In this document: positions 18,001-33,454 of the stretch, piece by piece | Position numbering within the stretch: the stretch's first letter is position 1 | Layout: the number at the start of each line of letters is the position of its first letter | Origin: Eledone cirrhosa | Taxonomy: Eukaryota | Direction: 5' to 3' | DNA: 64,000 bases | NCBI GenBank assembly: GCA_964016885.1 | Contig: OZ024742.1 | Location: 36,766,001 to 36,830,000, forward strand | Made by a program: the position numbers and the translations under genes | The notes under the pieces: model-generated | Database searches by the model: none | What the model was told of the DNA's origin: nothing | The model's input: the letters and a program-made list of their open reading frames with translations, nothing else

Positions 18001-21000
18001 CACCACCACAAACACCACTACCACTGTCTCCACCACCACCACAAGCACCACTACCACTGTCTCCACCACCACCACCACAAGCACCACTACCACTGTCTCC
18101 ACCACCACCACAAGCTCCACTACCACTGTCTCCACCACCACCACCACAAGCACCACTACCACTTTCTCCACCACCACCATCACAAGCTCCACTACCACTG
18201 TCTCCACCACCACCACCACAAGCACCACTACCACTGTCTCCACCACCACCACTACAAGCACCACTACCACTGTCTCCACCACCACCACCACAAGCACCAC
18301 TACCACTGTCTCCACCACCACCACAAGCACCACTACCACTGTCTCCACCACCACCACCACAAGCACCACTACCACTTTCTCCACCACCACCATCACAAGC
18401 TCCACTACCACTGTCTCCACCACCACCACCACAAGCACCACTACCACTGTCTCCACCACCACCACCACCACAAGCACCACTACCACTGTCTCCACCACCA
18501 CCACCACAAGCACCACAACCACTGTCTCCACCACCACAAGCACCACTACCACTGTCTCCACCACCACCACAAGCTCCACTACCACTGTCTCCACCACCAC
18601 CACCACAAGCACCACTACCACTTTCTCCACCACCACCATCACAAGCTCCACTACCACTGTCTCCACCACCACCACCACCACAAGCACCACTACCACTGTC
18701 TCCACCACCACCACCACAAGCACCACTACCACTGTCTCCACCACCACCACCACAAGCACCACTACCACTGTCTCCACCACCACCACTACAAGCACCACTA
18801 CCACTTTCTCCACCACCACCACCACAAGCACCACTACCACTGTCTCCACCACCACCACCACAAGCACCACTACCACTGTCTCCACCACCACCACAAGCAC
18901 CACTACCACTGTCTCCACCACCACCACCACAGGCACCACTACCACTGTCTCCACCACCACCACCACAAGCACCACTACCACTGTCTCCACCACCACCACC
19001 ACAAGCACCACTACCACTGTCTCCACCACCACCACAAGCACCACTACCACTGTCTCCACCACCACCACAAGCACCACTACCACTGTCTCCACCACCACCA
19101 CCACAAGCACCACTACCACTGTCTCCACCACCACCACCACAAGCTCCACAACCACTGTCTCCACCACCACCACCACAAGCACCACTACCACTGTCTCCAC
19201 CACCACCACCACAAGCTCCACTACCACTGTCTCCACCACCACCACCACAAGCACCACTACCACTGTCTCCACCACCACCACCACAAGCACCACTACCACT
19301 GTCTCCACCACCACCACAAGCACCACTACCACTGTCTCCACCACCACCACCACAAGCACCACAACCACTGTCTCCACCACCACCACAAGCACCACTACCA
19401 CTGTCTCCACTACCACCACCACAAACACCACTACCACTGTCTCCACCACCACCACAAGCACCACTACCACTGTCTCCACCACCACCACCACAAGCACCAC
19501 TACCACTGTCTCCACCACCACCACCACAAGCACCACTACCACTGTCTCCACCACCACCACAAGCACCACAACCACTGTCTCCACCACCACCACCACAAGC
19601 ACCACTACCACTGTCTCCACCACCACCACCACAAACACCACTACCACTGTCTCCACCACCACCACCACAAGCACCACTACCACTGTCTCCACCACCACCA
19701 AAAGCACCACTACCACTGTCTCCACCACCACCACCACAAGCTCCACTACCACTGTCTCCACCACCTACACAAGCACCACTACCACTGTCTCCACCACCAC
19801 CACAAGCACCACTACCACTGTCTCCACCACCACCACAAGCACCACAACCACTTTATCCACCACCACCACCACAAGCACCACTACCACTGTCTCCACCACC
19901 ACCACAAGCACCACTACCACTGTCTCCACCACCACCACAAGCACCACAACCACTTTATCCACCACCACCACCACAAGCACCACTACCACTGTCTCCACCA
20001 CCACCACAAGCACCACTACCACTGTCTCCACCACCACCACAAGCACCACTACCACTTTCTCCACCACCACCACCACAAGCACCACTACCACTGTCTCCAC
20101 CACCACCACCACAAGCACCACTACCACTGTCTCCACCACCACCACCACAAGCACCACAACCACTGTCTCCACCACCACCACAAACACCACTACCACTGTC
20201 TCCACCACCACCACAAGCACCACTACCACTGTCTCCACCACCACCACCACAAGCTCCACTACCACTGTCTCCACCACCACCACCAAAAGCACCACTACCA
20301 CTGTCTCCACCACCACAAGCACCACTACCACTGTCTCCACTACCACCACCACAAGCACCACTACCACTGTCTCCACCACCACAAGCACCACAACCACTGT
20401 CTCCACCACCACCACCACAAACACCACTACCACTGTCTCCACCACCACCACAAGCACCTCTACCACTGTCTCCACCACCACCACCACAAGCTCCACTACC
20501 ACTGTCTCCACCACCACCACCACAAGCACCACTACCACTGTCTCCACCACCACCACCACAAGCACCACTACCACTGTCTCCACCACCACAACCACAAGCA
20601 CCACTACCACTGTCTCCACCACCACCACAAGCACCACTACCACTGTCTCCACCACCACCACCACCACAAGCACCACTACCACTGTCTCCACCACCACCAC
20701 CACCACAAGCTCCACTACCACTGTCTCCACCACCACCACCACAAGCACCACCACCACTGTCTCCACCACCACCACCACAAGCACCACTACCACTGTCTCC
20801 ACCACCACCACCACAAGCACCACTACCACTGTCTCCACCACCACCACCACAAGCTCCACTACCACTGTCTCTACCACCACCACCACAAGCACCACTACCA
20901 CTGTCTCCACCACCACCACCACAAGCACCACTACCACCACCACAAGCTCCACTACCACTGTCTCCACCACCACCACCACAAGCACCACTACCACTGTCTC

Positions 21001-24000
21001 CACCACCACCACCACCACAAGCACCACTACCACTGTCTCCACCACCACCACAAGCTCCACTACCACTGTCTCCACCACCACCACCACAAGCACCACTACC
21101 ACTGTCTCCACCACCACCACCACAAGCGCCACTACCACTGTCTCCACCACCACCACCACAAGCACCACTACCACTGTCTCCACCACCACCACCACAAGCA
21201 CCACTACCACTGTCTCCACCACCACCACCACCACAAGCACCACTACCACTGTCTCCACCACCACCACCACCACAAGCACCACTACCACTGTCTCCACCAC
21301 CACCACCACCACAAGCACCACTACCACTGTCTCCACCACCACCACCACAAGCACCACTATCACTGTCTCCACCACCACCACCACAAGCACCACTACCACT
21401 GTCTCCACCACCACCACCACCACAAGCACCACTACCACTGTCTCCACCACCACCACCACAAGCACCACTACCACTGTCTCCACCACCACCACCACAAGCA
21501 CCACTACCACTGTCTCCACCACCACCACCACCACAAGCACCACTACCACTGTCTCCACCACCACCACCACAAGCACCACTACCACTGTCTCCACCACCAC
21601 CACCACAAGCACCACAACCAATGTCTCCACCACCACCACCACAAGCACCACTACCACTGTCTCCACCACCACCACCACCACAAGCACCACTACCACTGTC
21701 TCCACCACCACCACCACAAGCACCACAACCACTGTCTCCACCACCACCACCACCACAAGCTCCACTACCACTGTCTCCACCACCACCACCACAAGCTCCA
21801 CTACCACTGTCTCCACCACCACCACCACAAGCACCACCACCACTGTCTCCACCACCACCACCACAAGCACCACTACCACTGTCTCCACCACCACCACCAC
21901 AAGCACCACTACCACTGTCTCCACCACCACCACCACAAGCTCCACTACCACTATCTCCACCACCACCACCACAAGCACCACTACCACCACCACAAGCTCC
22001 ACTACCACTGTCTCCACCACCACCACCACAAGCACCACTACCACTGTCTCCACCACCACCACCACCACCAACACCACTACCACTGTCTCCACCACCACCA
22101 CAAGCTCCACTACCACTGTCTCCACCACCACCACCACAAGCACCACTACCACTGTCTCCACCACCACCACCACAAGCACCACTACCACTGTCTCCACCAC
22201 CACCACCACAAGCACCACTACCACTGTCTCCACCACCACCACCACAAGCGCCACTACCACTGTCTCCACCACCACCACCACAAGCACCACTACCACTGTC
22301 TCCACCACCACCACAAGCTCCACTACCACTGTCTCCACCACCACCACCACAAGCACCACTACCACTGTCTCCACCACCACCACCACAAGCACCACTACCA
22401 CTGTCTCCACCACCACAAGCACCACTACCACTGTCTCCACCACCACCACAAGCACCACTACCACTGTCTCCACCACCACCACCACAAGCTCCACTACCAC
22501 TGTCTCCACCACCACCACCACAAGCACCACAACCACTGTCTCCACCACCACCACCACAAGCTCCACAACCACTGTCTCCACCACCACCACCACCACAAGC
22601 ACCACTACCACTGTCTCCACCACCACCACCACAAGCACCACTACCACTGTCTCCACCACCACCACCACCACAAGCTCCACTACCACTGTCTCCACCACCA
22701 CCACCACCACAAGCACCACTACCACTGTCTCCACCACCACCACAAGCACCACAACCACTGTCTCCACCACCACCACCACAAGCACCACTACCACTGTCTC
22801 CACCACCACCACCACCACAAGCACCACTACCACTGTCTCCACCACCACCACCACAAGCTCCACTACCACTGTCTCCACCACCACCACCACAAGCACCACT
22901 ACCACTGTCTCCACCACCACCACCACCACAAGCACCACAACCACTGTCTCCACCACCACCACCACAAGCACCACTACCACTGTCTCCACCACCACCACCA
23001 CAAGCACCACTACCACTGTCTCCACCACCACCACCACAAGCACCAATACCACTGTCTCCACCACCACCACCACCACAAGCACCACAACCACTGTCTCCAC
23101 CACCACCACCACAAGCACCACTACCACTGTCTCCACCACCACCACCACAAGCACCACTACCACTGTCTCCACCACCACCACCACCACAAGCACCACTACC
23201 ACTGTCTCCACCACCACCACCACCACAAGCACCACAACCACTGTCTCCACCACCACCACCACCACCACAAGCTCCACTACCACTGTCTCCACCACCACCA
23301 CCACCACAAGCTCCACTACCACTGTCTCCACCACCACCACCACCACAAGCTCCACTACCACTGTCTCCACCACCACCACCACAAGCACCACTACCACTGT
23401 CTCCACCACCACCACCACAAGCACCACAACCACTGTCTCCACCACCACCACCACAAGCACCACTACCACTGTCTCCACCACCACCACCACCACAAGCACC
23501 ACTACCACTGTCTCCACCACCACCACCACAAGCACCACAACCACTGTCTCCACCACCACCACCACCACAAGCACCACAACCACTGTCTCCACCACCACCA
23601 CCACCACAAGCACCACTACCACTGTCTCCACCACCACCACCACCACAAGCACCACTACCACTGTCTCCACCACCACCACCACAAGCACCACTACCACTGT
23701 CTCCACCACCACCACCACAAGCACCACTACCACTGTCTCCACCACCACCACCACCACAAGCACCACTACCACTGTCTCCACCACCACCATCACCACAAGC
23801 ACCACTACCACTGTCTCCACCACCACCACCACAAGCACCACTACCACTGTCTCCACCACCACCACCACAAGCACCACTACCACTGTCTCCACCACCACCA
23901 CCACCACAAGCACCACTACCACTGTCTCCACCACCACCACCACAAGCACCACTACCACTGTCTCCACCACCACCACCACCACAAGCACCACTACCACTGT

Positions 24001-27000
24001 CTCCACCACCACCACCACAAGCACCACTACCACTGTCTCCACCACCACCACCACCACAAGCACCACTACCACTGTCTCCACCACCACCACCACCACAAGC
24101 ACCACTACCACTGTCTCCACCACCACCACCACAAGCACCACTACCACTGTCTCCACCACCACCACCACCACAAGCACCACTACCACTGTCTCCACCACCA
24201 CCACCACCACAAGCACCACTACCACTGTCTCCACCACCACCACCACAAGCACCACTACCACTGTCTCCACCACCACCACAAGCACCACTACCACTGTCTC
24301 CACCACCACCACCACAAGCACCACTACCACTGTCTCCACCACCACCACAAGCACCACTACCACTGTCTCCACCACCACCACCACAAGCACCACTACCACT
24401 GTCTCCACCACCACCACCACAAGCTCCACTACCAGTCTCCACCACCACCACCACAAGCACCACTACCACTGTCTCCACCACCACCACCACAAGCACCACT
24501 ACCACTGTCTCCACCACCACCACCACAAGCACCACTACCACTGTCTCCACCACCACCACAAGCACCACTACCACTGTCTCCACCACCACCACCACAAGCA
24601 CCACAACCACTGTCTCCACCACCACCACCACAAGCACCACTACCACTGTCTCCACCACCACCACAAGCACCACTACCACTGTCTCCACCACCACCACCAC
24701 AAGCACCACTACCACTGTCTCCACCACCACAAGCACCACTACCACTGTCTCCACCACCACCACAAGCACCACTACCACTGTCTCCACCACCACCACCACA
24801 AGCACCACTACCACTGTCTCCACCACCACCACCACAAGCACCACTACCACTTTCTCCACCACCACCACAAGCACCACTACCACTGTCTCCACCACCACCA
24901 CCACAAGCACCACTACCACTTTCTCCACCACCACCACAAGCACCACTACCACTGTCTCCACCACCACCACCACAAGCACCACAACCACTGTCTCCACCAC
25001 CACCACCACAAGCACCACTACCACTGTCTCCACCACCACCACCACCACAAGCTCCACTACCACTGTCTCCACCACCACCACCACAAACTCCACTACCATT
25101 GTCTCCACCACCACCACCACAAGCACCACAACCACTGTCTCCACCACCACCACCACAAGCACCACAACCACTGTCTCCACCACCACCACCACAAGCTCCA
25201 CTACCACTGTCTCAACCACCACCACCACCACAAGCACCACTACCACTGTCTCCACCACCACCACCACAAGCACCACTACCACTGTCTCCACCACCACCAC
25301 CACAAGCTCCACTACCACTGTCTCCACCACCACCACCACAAGCACCACTACCACTGTCTCCACCACCACCACCACCACAAGCTCCACTACCACTGTCTCC
25401 ACCACCACCACCACAAGCACCACTACCACTGTCTCCACCACCACCACCACAAGCTCCACTACCACTGTCTCCACCACCACCACCACAAGCACCACTACCA
25501 CTGTCTCCACCACCACCACCATCACAAGCTCCACAACCACTGTCTCCACCACCACCACCACAAGCTCCACTACCACTGTCTCCACCACCACCACCACAAG
25601 CACCACTACCACTGTCTCCACCACCACCACCACAAGCTCCACTACCACTGTCTCCACCACCACCACCACAAGCACCACTACCACTGTCTCCACCACCACC
25701 ACCATCACAAGCTCCACAACCACTGTCTCCACCACCACCACCACAAGCTCCACTACCACTGTCTCCACCACCACCACCACAAGCTCCACTACCACTGTCT
25801 CCACCACCACCACCACCACAAGCTCCACTACCACTGTCTCCACCACCACCACCACCACAAGCACCACTACCACTGTCTCCACCACCACCACCACAAGCTC
25901 CACTACCACTGTCTCCACCACCACCACCATCACAAGCTCCACAACCACTGTCTCCACCACCACCACCACAAGCACCACTACCACTGTCTCCACCACCACC
26001 ACCACAAGCACCACTACCACTGTCTCCACCACCACCACCACCACAAGCTCCACTACCACTGTCTCCACCACCACCACCACCACAAGCTCCACTACCACTG
26101 TCTCCACCACCACCACCACCACCACCACAAGCACCACTACCACTGTCTCCACCACCACCACCACAAGCTCCACTACCACTGTCTCCACCACCACCACCAC
26201 CACAAGCTCCACTACCACTGTCTCCACCACCACCACCACCACCACCACAAGCACCACTACCACTGTCTCCACCACCACCACCACAAGCTCCACTACCACT
26301 GTCTCCACCACCACCACCACCACCACCACAAGCACCACTACCACTGTCTCCACCACCACCACCACAAGCTCCACTACCACTGTCTCCACCACCACCACCA
26401 CAAGCTCCACTACCACTGTCTCCACCACCACCACCACAAGCTCCACTACCACTGTCTCCACCACCACCACAAGCACCACTACCACTGTCTCCACCACCAC
26501 CACCACAAGCACCACTACCACTGTCTCCACCACCACCACCACAAGCACCACTACCACTGTCTCCACCACCACCACCACAAGCACCACTACCACTGTCTCC
26601 GCCACCACCACCACAAGCACCACAACCACTGTCTCCACCACCACCACAAGCACCACTACCACTGTCTCCAGCACCACCACCACAAGCACCACAACCACTG
26701 TCTCCACCACCACCACCACCACAAGCACCACTACCACTGTCTCCACCACCACCACAAGCTCCACTACCACTGTCTCCACCACCACCACCACCACAAGCTC
26801 CACTACCACTGTCTCCACCACCACCACAAGCACCACTACCACTGTCTCCACCACCACCACCACAAGCACCACAACCACTGTCTCCACCACCACCACCACA
26901 AGCACCACAACCACTGTCTCCACCACCACCACCACAAGCTCCACTACCACTGTCTCCACCACCACCACAACAAGCACCACTACCACTGTCTCCACCACCA

Positions 27001-27350
27001 CCACCACCACAAACTCCACTACCACTGTCTCCACCACCACCACCACCACAAGCACCACAACCACTGTCTCCACCACCACCACCACAAGCTCCACTACCAC
27101 TGTCTCCACCACCACCACCACAAGCACCACTACCACTGTCTCAACCACCACCACAAGCTCCACTACCACTGTCTCAACCACCACCACCACAAGCACCACA
27201 ACCACTGTCTCCACCACCACCACCACAAGCACCACAACCACTGTCTCCACCACCACCACCACAAGCGCCACCACCACTACCACCGTCCCCACCACCACCA
27301 TCACCACAATCACCTGTGTCACTGCCATTACCACCACCTCCACCGTCACT
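1..27350 (+). repeat. Giant (ACC)n-derived minisatellite, unit ~27-42 bp (mode 33): ACCACTGTCTCC(ACC)nACAAGC(A/T)CCACT; continues off the left edge
   Basis: Unit read directly across 27 kb. Length varies in whole triplets except 1-bp deletions near 1248, 13067 and 24434. Decays into irregular ACC-rich sequence at 27265-27350. Confidence 0.98.
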
Positions 27351-27573
27351 AGAGTTGTGTTCATTTTTTTTAGGAAGAGCCCGGATTACAGTTAGTCCTC
27401 GATTATCCAAACCGGGTTGGAGTTCAGCATTTTGTTCGGATAACCGAGATCGGTAATAAACCAAGAAAACCATGCTGAACATAATGTATATTTAAACAAT
27501 TGTTTACAGAGTTTTATGAGTTTTCATGCGCAATCTTCGATGACATGTAACCTATCTTGCAGACACTCTAAAA

Positions 27574-28077
27574 CAGAGGTTCTCAAACTTTTGGGGCCAC
27601 CGCCCCCCTCACGGCCACGTCATACCCTAAGCGCCTCCCCCTTTTTTTCCAGAGAGATCTGCCTTCATGCAAATCATAAATAATATATAATAAATATAAT
27701 CGTTAATTTATATATATAATTGTTTCTACTTTAGGCACAAGGCCAGCAATTATCCAGTGCATTACTGGTACTTTATTTTATCGACCCCGTAAGGATGAAA
27801 GGCAAAGTTAACCTCAGCGGGATTTGAACTCAGATCGTAAAGGGACGTAACTATGCTGGAAAGCATGGCGTCCGACCCTCTACCGATACTGCCATGATAT
27901 AATATATACTGTGTATAGATAAATATTTTATATTTTTTATTCTACTATGTTTATGTATTATTTGATATTTAATGTACTATTATATGATCTCAAACCCCCA
28001 TCACCCCTTAGGCCTCAGAGCCCCGTGGACCTTCTCAACGACCCGCGGGGCTCCGGTAGTGCCCACTTTGAGAACTT
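27574..28077. mobile_element. Non-autonomous hAT (Charlie-like) MITE
   Basis: CAGAGGTTCTCAAA at left, TTTGAGAACTT at right (damaged end). 8-bp flanks CTCTAAAA (27566-27573) and CACTAAAA (28078-28085) match 7/8 and resemble the Charlie NTCTAGAN target. Confidence 0.65.
27720..27894 (-). mobile_element. tRNA-derived SINE family A, copy 1 (inside the hAT MITE)
   Basis: Minus strand has B-box GAGTTCAAATCCC; same ~180-bp body recurs at 28588, 34939 and 39926. Confidence 0.85.
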
Positions 28078-28587
28078 CACTAAAATCTCACTTTTTGTTT
28101 TAGATTGTTAATGTTGTTCACTATCTTTTCACACACATAGTAACAACGACAAAGTCGATTACGTGAGACATACGTTCTAAGTCGTCGATTAATGATACAT
28201 CACTGATTTTAACATGCTTTTAAATTATTCTGCCTGTCCGTCATTTTTATGTTAAAATTATTTTAGCATTGTTTAAATGTGAATATAGATGAAGCTAGTG
28301 AACCGACTAACACAGGATACTTTTGGTAGTTATAAATAAAGACGCAATCATTGCACTAATGTTAGTATCACTTCTTTTCACATGCTCTTCAGTCATTTGA
28401 ATTCACTTTTAATCGCTGTAAACAAAAGGCAGAACGGTGTCACCAGTATTATTCTCGAGTTTGGATTATACTCAGTATGTTTTTAAAATGCCTAGAGCCT
28501 ACAAGTTCAACAGACCAGAGTTTGTAATGATTTAGCAGAAAATATCTAAAAACGGGTTTGTATTTCGAAAGTTTATAGTATGTATAA

Positions 28588-28838
28588 TTGTTTATATTTT
28601 TGGCACAAGGCCAGCAATTATCCCAGTGTATTACTGGTACTTTATTTTATCGACCCCGTAAGGATGAAAGGCAAAGTTAACTACGACGGGATTTGAACTC
28701 AGACCATAAAGGGACGTAACTTTTTGCTGCAAAGCATGGCGTCCGACCTTCTCCCGATACTGCCAATCCACCGCCCTAGTATATATAATTGTTTCTACTT
28801 TTGGCACAAGGCCAGCAATTAACCAGTGTATTACTGGT
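28588..28838 (-). mobile_element. SINE family A copy 2 plus adjacent truncated copy (28789-28838)
   Basis: Same body as 27720. The full copy is flanked by TAGTATGTATAA / TAGTATATATAA, a probable target-site duplication. Confidence 0.85.
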
Positions 28839-29116
28839 AATGTCTTGCAAATGTTGTTTATAATTTCAAAGGTTTAAAAAGGGAATAGGTTACGTAGCCC
28901 GTCCCGGCAAGATAGACAAACATTCTTTTTAAGCTTATTTTACCGGTAAACCTTAAAGGGATACATCTCTAGCCGGGGGGTCCAGGAAGCTTATTTTACT
29001 GCTAAATAATAAATAGTCTTTTAGAACGTAGGTAGTAACTGTTATCTTTAACCCAGGTCGTGACATTCTGTTAAAATTCTTAATTTCGAGAATATTTGAC
29101 TCTGGTAAAATCATGG

Positions 29117-30620
29117 AACTCAGTAGATGTGTGTGTGTGTAACTCAGTAGATGTGTGTGTGTGTGTAACTCAGTAGATGTGTGTGTGTGTTTGTGTAACT
29201 CAGTAGATGTGTTCGTATGTAAGTCAGTAGATGTGTGTGTGTGTGTGTAACTCAGTAGATGTGTTTGTATGTAACTCAGTAGATGTGTGTGTTTGTATAA
29301 CTCAGTAGATGTGTGTGTGTGTGTGTGTGTAACTCAGTAGATATGTTTCTATGTAACTCAGTAGATGTGTGTGTGTGTAAATCAGTAAATGTGTTTGTAT
29401 GTAACTCAGTAGATGTGTGTGTGTGTTTGTGTAACTCAGTAGATGTGTGTGTGTGTGTGTGTAACTCAGTAGATGTGTTTGTATCTAACTCAGTAGATGT
29501 GTGTGTTGTGTCACTCAGTAGATGTGTGTGTGTGTGTGTGTGTAACTCAGTAGATGTGTTTGTATCTAACTCAGTAGATGTGTCTGTGTGTAACTCAGTA
29601 TATGTGTTTGTATGTAACTCAGTAGATGTGTGTGTAACTCAGTAGATGTGTTTGTATGTAACTCAGATGTGTGTGTGTTTGTGTAACTCAGTAGATGTGT
29701 GTGTGTGTAACTCAGTAGATGTATGTGTGTGTGTGTTTGTAACTCAGTAGATGTGTGTGTATGTAACTCAGTAGATGTGTGAGTGTGTTTGTGTAACTCA
29801 GTAGATGTGTTTGTATGTAACTCAGTAGATGTGTGTGTGTATTTGTGTAACTCAGTAGATGTGTTTGTATCTAACTCAGTAGATGTGTGTGTGTGTGTAA
29901 CTCAGTAGATGTGTTTCTATGTAACTCAGTAGATGTGTGTGTGTGTTTGTGTAACTCAGTAGATTTGTGTGTGTGTTTGTGTAACTCAGTAGATGTGTTT
30001 GTATGTAACTCAGTAGATGTGTGTGTGTGTGTATAACTCAGTAGATGTGTTTGTATCTAACTCAGTAGATGTGTGTGTGTGTTTGTGTAACTTAGTAGAT
30101 GTGTTTGTATGTAACTCAGTAGATGTGTGTGTGTGTGTGTGTAACTCAGTAGATGTGTTTGTATGTAACTCAGTAGATGTGTGTGTGTGTTTGTGTAACT
30201 TAGTAGATGTGTTTGAATGTAACACAGTAGATCTGTGTGTGTGTGTGTGTGTAACTCAGTAGATGTGTTTGTGTGTGTGTGTGTGTGTGTGTAACTCAGT
30301 AGATGTGTTTGTATGTAACTCAGTAGATGTGTGTGTGTGTTTGTGTAACTAAGTAGATGTGTTTGTATCTAACTCATTAGATGTGTGTGTGTGCGTAACT
30401 CAGTAGATGTGTGTGTGTGTGTATAACTCAGTAGATGTGTTTGTATGTAACTCAGTAGATGTGTGTGTGTGTTTGTGTAACTTAGTAGTTGTGTTTGTAT
30501 GTAACTCAGTAGATGTGTGTGTGTGTGTGTGTAACTCAGTAGATGTGTTTGTATGTAACTCAGTAGATGTGTGTGTGTGTTTGTGTAACTTAGTAGATGT
30601 GTTTGTATGTAACTCAGTAG

Positions 30621-30656
<36 letters not shown>

Positions 30657-30980
30657 CTCAGTAGATGTGTTTGTGTGTGTGTGTGTGTAACTCAGTAGAT
30701 GTGTTTGTATGTAACTCAGTAGATGTGTGTGTCTGTGTATGTGTAACTCAGTAGATGTGTGTGTGTGTTTGTGTAAGTCAGTAGATGTGTTTGTATGTAA
30801 CTCAGTAGATGTGCGTGTGTGTGTGTGTGTTACTCAGTAGATGTGTTTGTATGTAACTCAGTAGATGTGTGTGTGTGAGTGTGTGTGTGTTTAACTCAGT
30901 AGATGTGTTTGTATGTAACTCAGTCGATGTGTGTGTGTGTTTGTGTAACTTAGTAGAGGTGTTTGTATGTAACTCAGTAG

Positions 30981-31012
<32 letters not shown>

Positions 31013-33422
31013 CTCAGTAGATGTGTTTGTATGTAACTCAGTAGATGTGTTTGTATGTAACTCAGTAGATGTGTGTGTGTGTTTTGTGTAACTCAGTAGA
31101 TGTGTTTGTATGTAACTCAGTAGATGTGTGTGTTTGTAACTCAGTAGATGTGTGTGTGTGTTTGTGTAACTCAGTAGATGTGTTTGTATGCAACTCAGTA
31201 GATGTGTGTGTGTGTGTGTGTAAGTCAGTAGATGTGTTTCTGTGTGTGTGTAACTCAGTAGATGTGTGTGTGTGTATGTAACTGAGTAGATGTGTTTATA
31301 TGTAACTCAGTAGATATGTGTGTGTGTTCGTGTAACTCAGTAGATGGTGTGTGTGTGTGTGTGTGTGTAATGTGTGTGTGTGCGTGTAACTCAGTAGATG
31401 TGTTTGTATGTAACTCAGTAGATGTGTGAGTGTGTAACTCAGTAGATGTGTGTGTGTGTTTGTGTAACTCAGGAGATGTGTGTGTGTGTGTAACTCAGTA
31501 GATGTGTTTATATGTAACTCAGTAGATGTGTATATGTGTGTGTGTAACTCAGTAGATGTGTGTGTGTGTAACTCAGTAGATGTGTGTATGTGTTTGTGTA
31601 ACTCAGTAGATATGTTTGTATGTAACTCAGTAGATGTGTGTGTGTGTTTTTATGTAACTCAGTAGATGTGTGTGTGTGTGCGTGTGTGTGTGTGTGTGTG
31701 TGTAACTCAGTAGATGTGTTTGTATGTAACTCAGTAGATGTGTGTGTGTGTATGTGTAACTCAGTAGATGTGTGTGTGTGTGTTTGTGTAACTCAGTAGA
31801 TGTGTTTGTATGTAACTCAGTAGATGTGCGTGTGTGTGTGTGTGTTACTCAGTAGATGTGTTTGTATGTAACTCAGTAGATGTGTGTGTGTGAGTGTGTG
31901 TGTGTTTAACTCAGTAGATGTGTTTGTATGTAACTCAGTCGATGTGTGTGTGTGTTTGTGTAACTTAGTAGAGGTGTTTGTATGTAACTCAGTAGATGTG
32001 TGTGTGTGTGTGTGTGTGTGTGTAACTCAGTAGATGTGTTTGTATGTAACTCAGTAGATGTGTTTGTATGTAACTCAGTAGATGTGTGTGTGTGTTTTGT
32101 GTAACTCAGTAGATGTGTTTGTATGTAACTCAGTAGATGTGTGTGTTTGTAACTCAGTAGATGTGTGTGTGTGTTTGTGTAACTCAGTAGATGTGTTTGT
32201 ATGCAACTCAGTAGATGTGTGTGTGTGTGTGTGTAAGTCAGTAGATGTGTTTCTGTGTGTGTGTAACTCAGTAGATGTGTGTGTGTGTGTGTATGTAACT
32301 GAGTAGATGTGTTTATATGTAACTCAGTAGATATGTGTGTGTGTTCGTGTAACTCAGTAGATGGTGTGTGTGTGTGTGTGTGTGTAATGTGTGTGTGTGC
32401 GTGTAACTCAGTAGATGTGTTTGTATGTAACTCAGTAGATGTGTGAGTGTGTAACTCAGTAGATGTGTGTGTGTGTTTGTGTAACTCAGGAGATGTGTGT
32501 GTGTGTGTAACTCAGTAGATGTGTTTATATGTAACTCAGTAGATGTGTATATGTGTGTGTGTAACTCAGTAGATGTGTGTGTGTGTAACTCAGTAGATGT
32601 GTGTATGTGTTTGTGTAACTCAGTAGATATGTTTGTATGTAACTCAGTAGATGTGTGTGTGTGTTTTTATGTAACTCAGTAGATGTGTGTGTGTGTGCGT
32701 GTGTGTGTGTGTGTGTGTGTAACTCAGTAGATGTGTTTGTATGTAACTCAGTAGATGTGTGTGTGTGTATGTGTAACTCAGTAGATGTGTGTGTGTGTGT
32801 TTGTGTAACTCAGTAGATGTGTTTGTATGTAACTCAGTAGATGTGTGTGTGTGTGTGTGTGTGTAACTCAGTAGATGTGTTTGTATGTAACTCAGTAGAT
32901 GTGTGTGTGTGTGTGTGTGTAACTCAGTAGATGTGTGTGTGTGTTTGTGTAACTCAGTAGATGTGTTTGTAACTAACTCAGTAGATGTGTGTGTGTGTGT
33001 AACTCAGGAGATGTGTTTGTATGTAACTCAGTAGATGTGTGTGTGTGTGTGTGTGTGTGTAACTCAGTAGATGTGTTTGTATGTAACTCAGTAGATGTGT
33101 GTGTGTGTGTGTGTAACTCAGTAGATGTGTGTGTGTGTTTGTGTAACTCAGTAGATGTGTTTGTAACTAACTCAGTAGATGTGTGTGTGTGTGTAACTCA
33201 GGAGATGTGTTTGTATGTAACTCAGTAGATGTGTGTGTGTGTTTGTGTAACTCAGTAGATTTGTGTGTCTGTTTGTGTAACTCAGTAGATGTTTGTATGT
33301 AACTCAGTAGATGTGTGTGTGTGTATAACTCAGTAGATGTGTGTGTGTGTGTTTGTGTAACTTAGTAGATGTGTTTGTATGTAACTCAGTAGATGTGTGT
33401 GTGTGTGTGTGTAACTCAGTAG

Positions 33423-33454
<32 letters not shown>

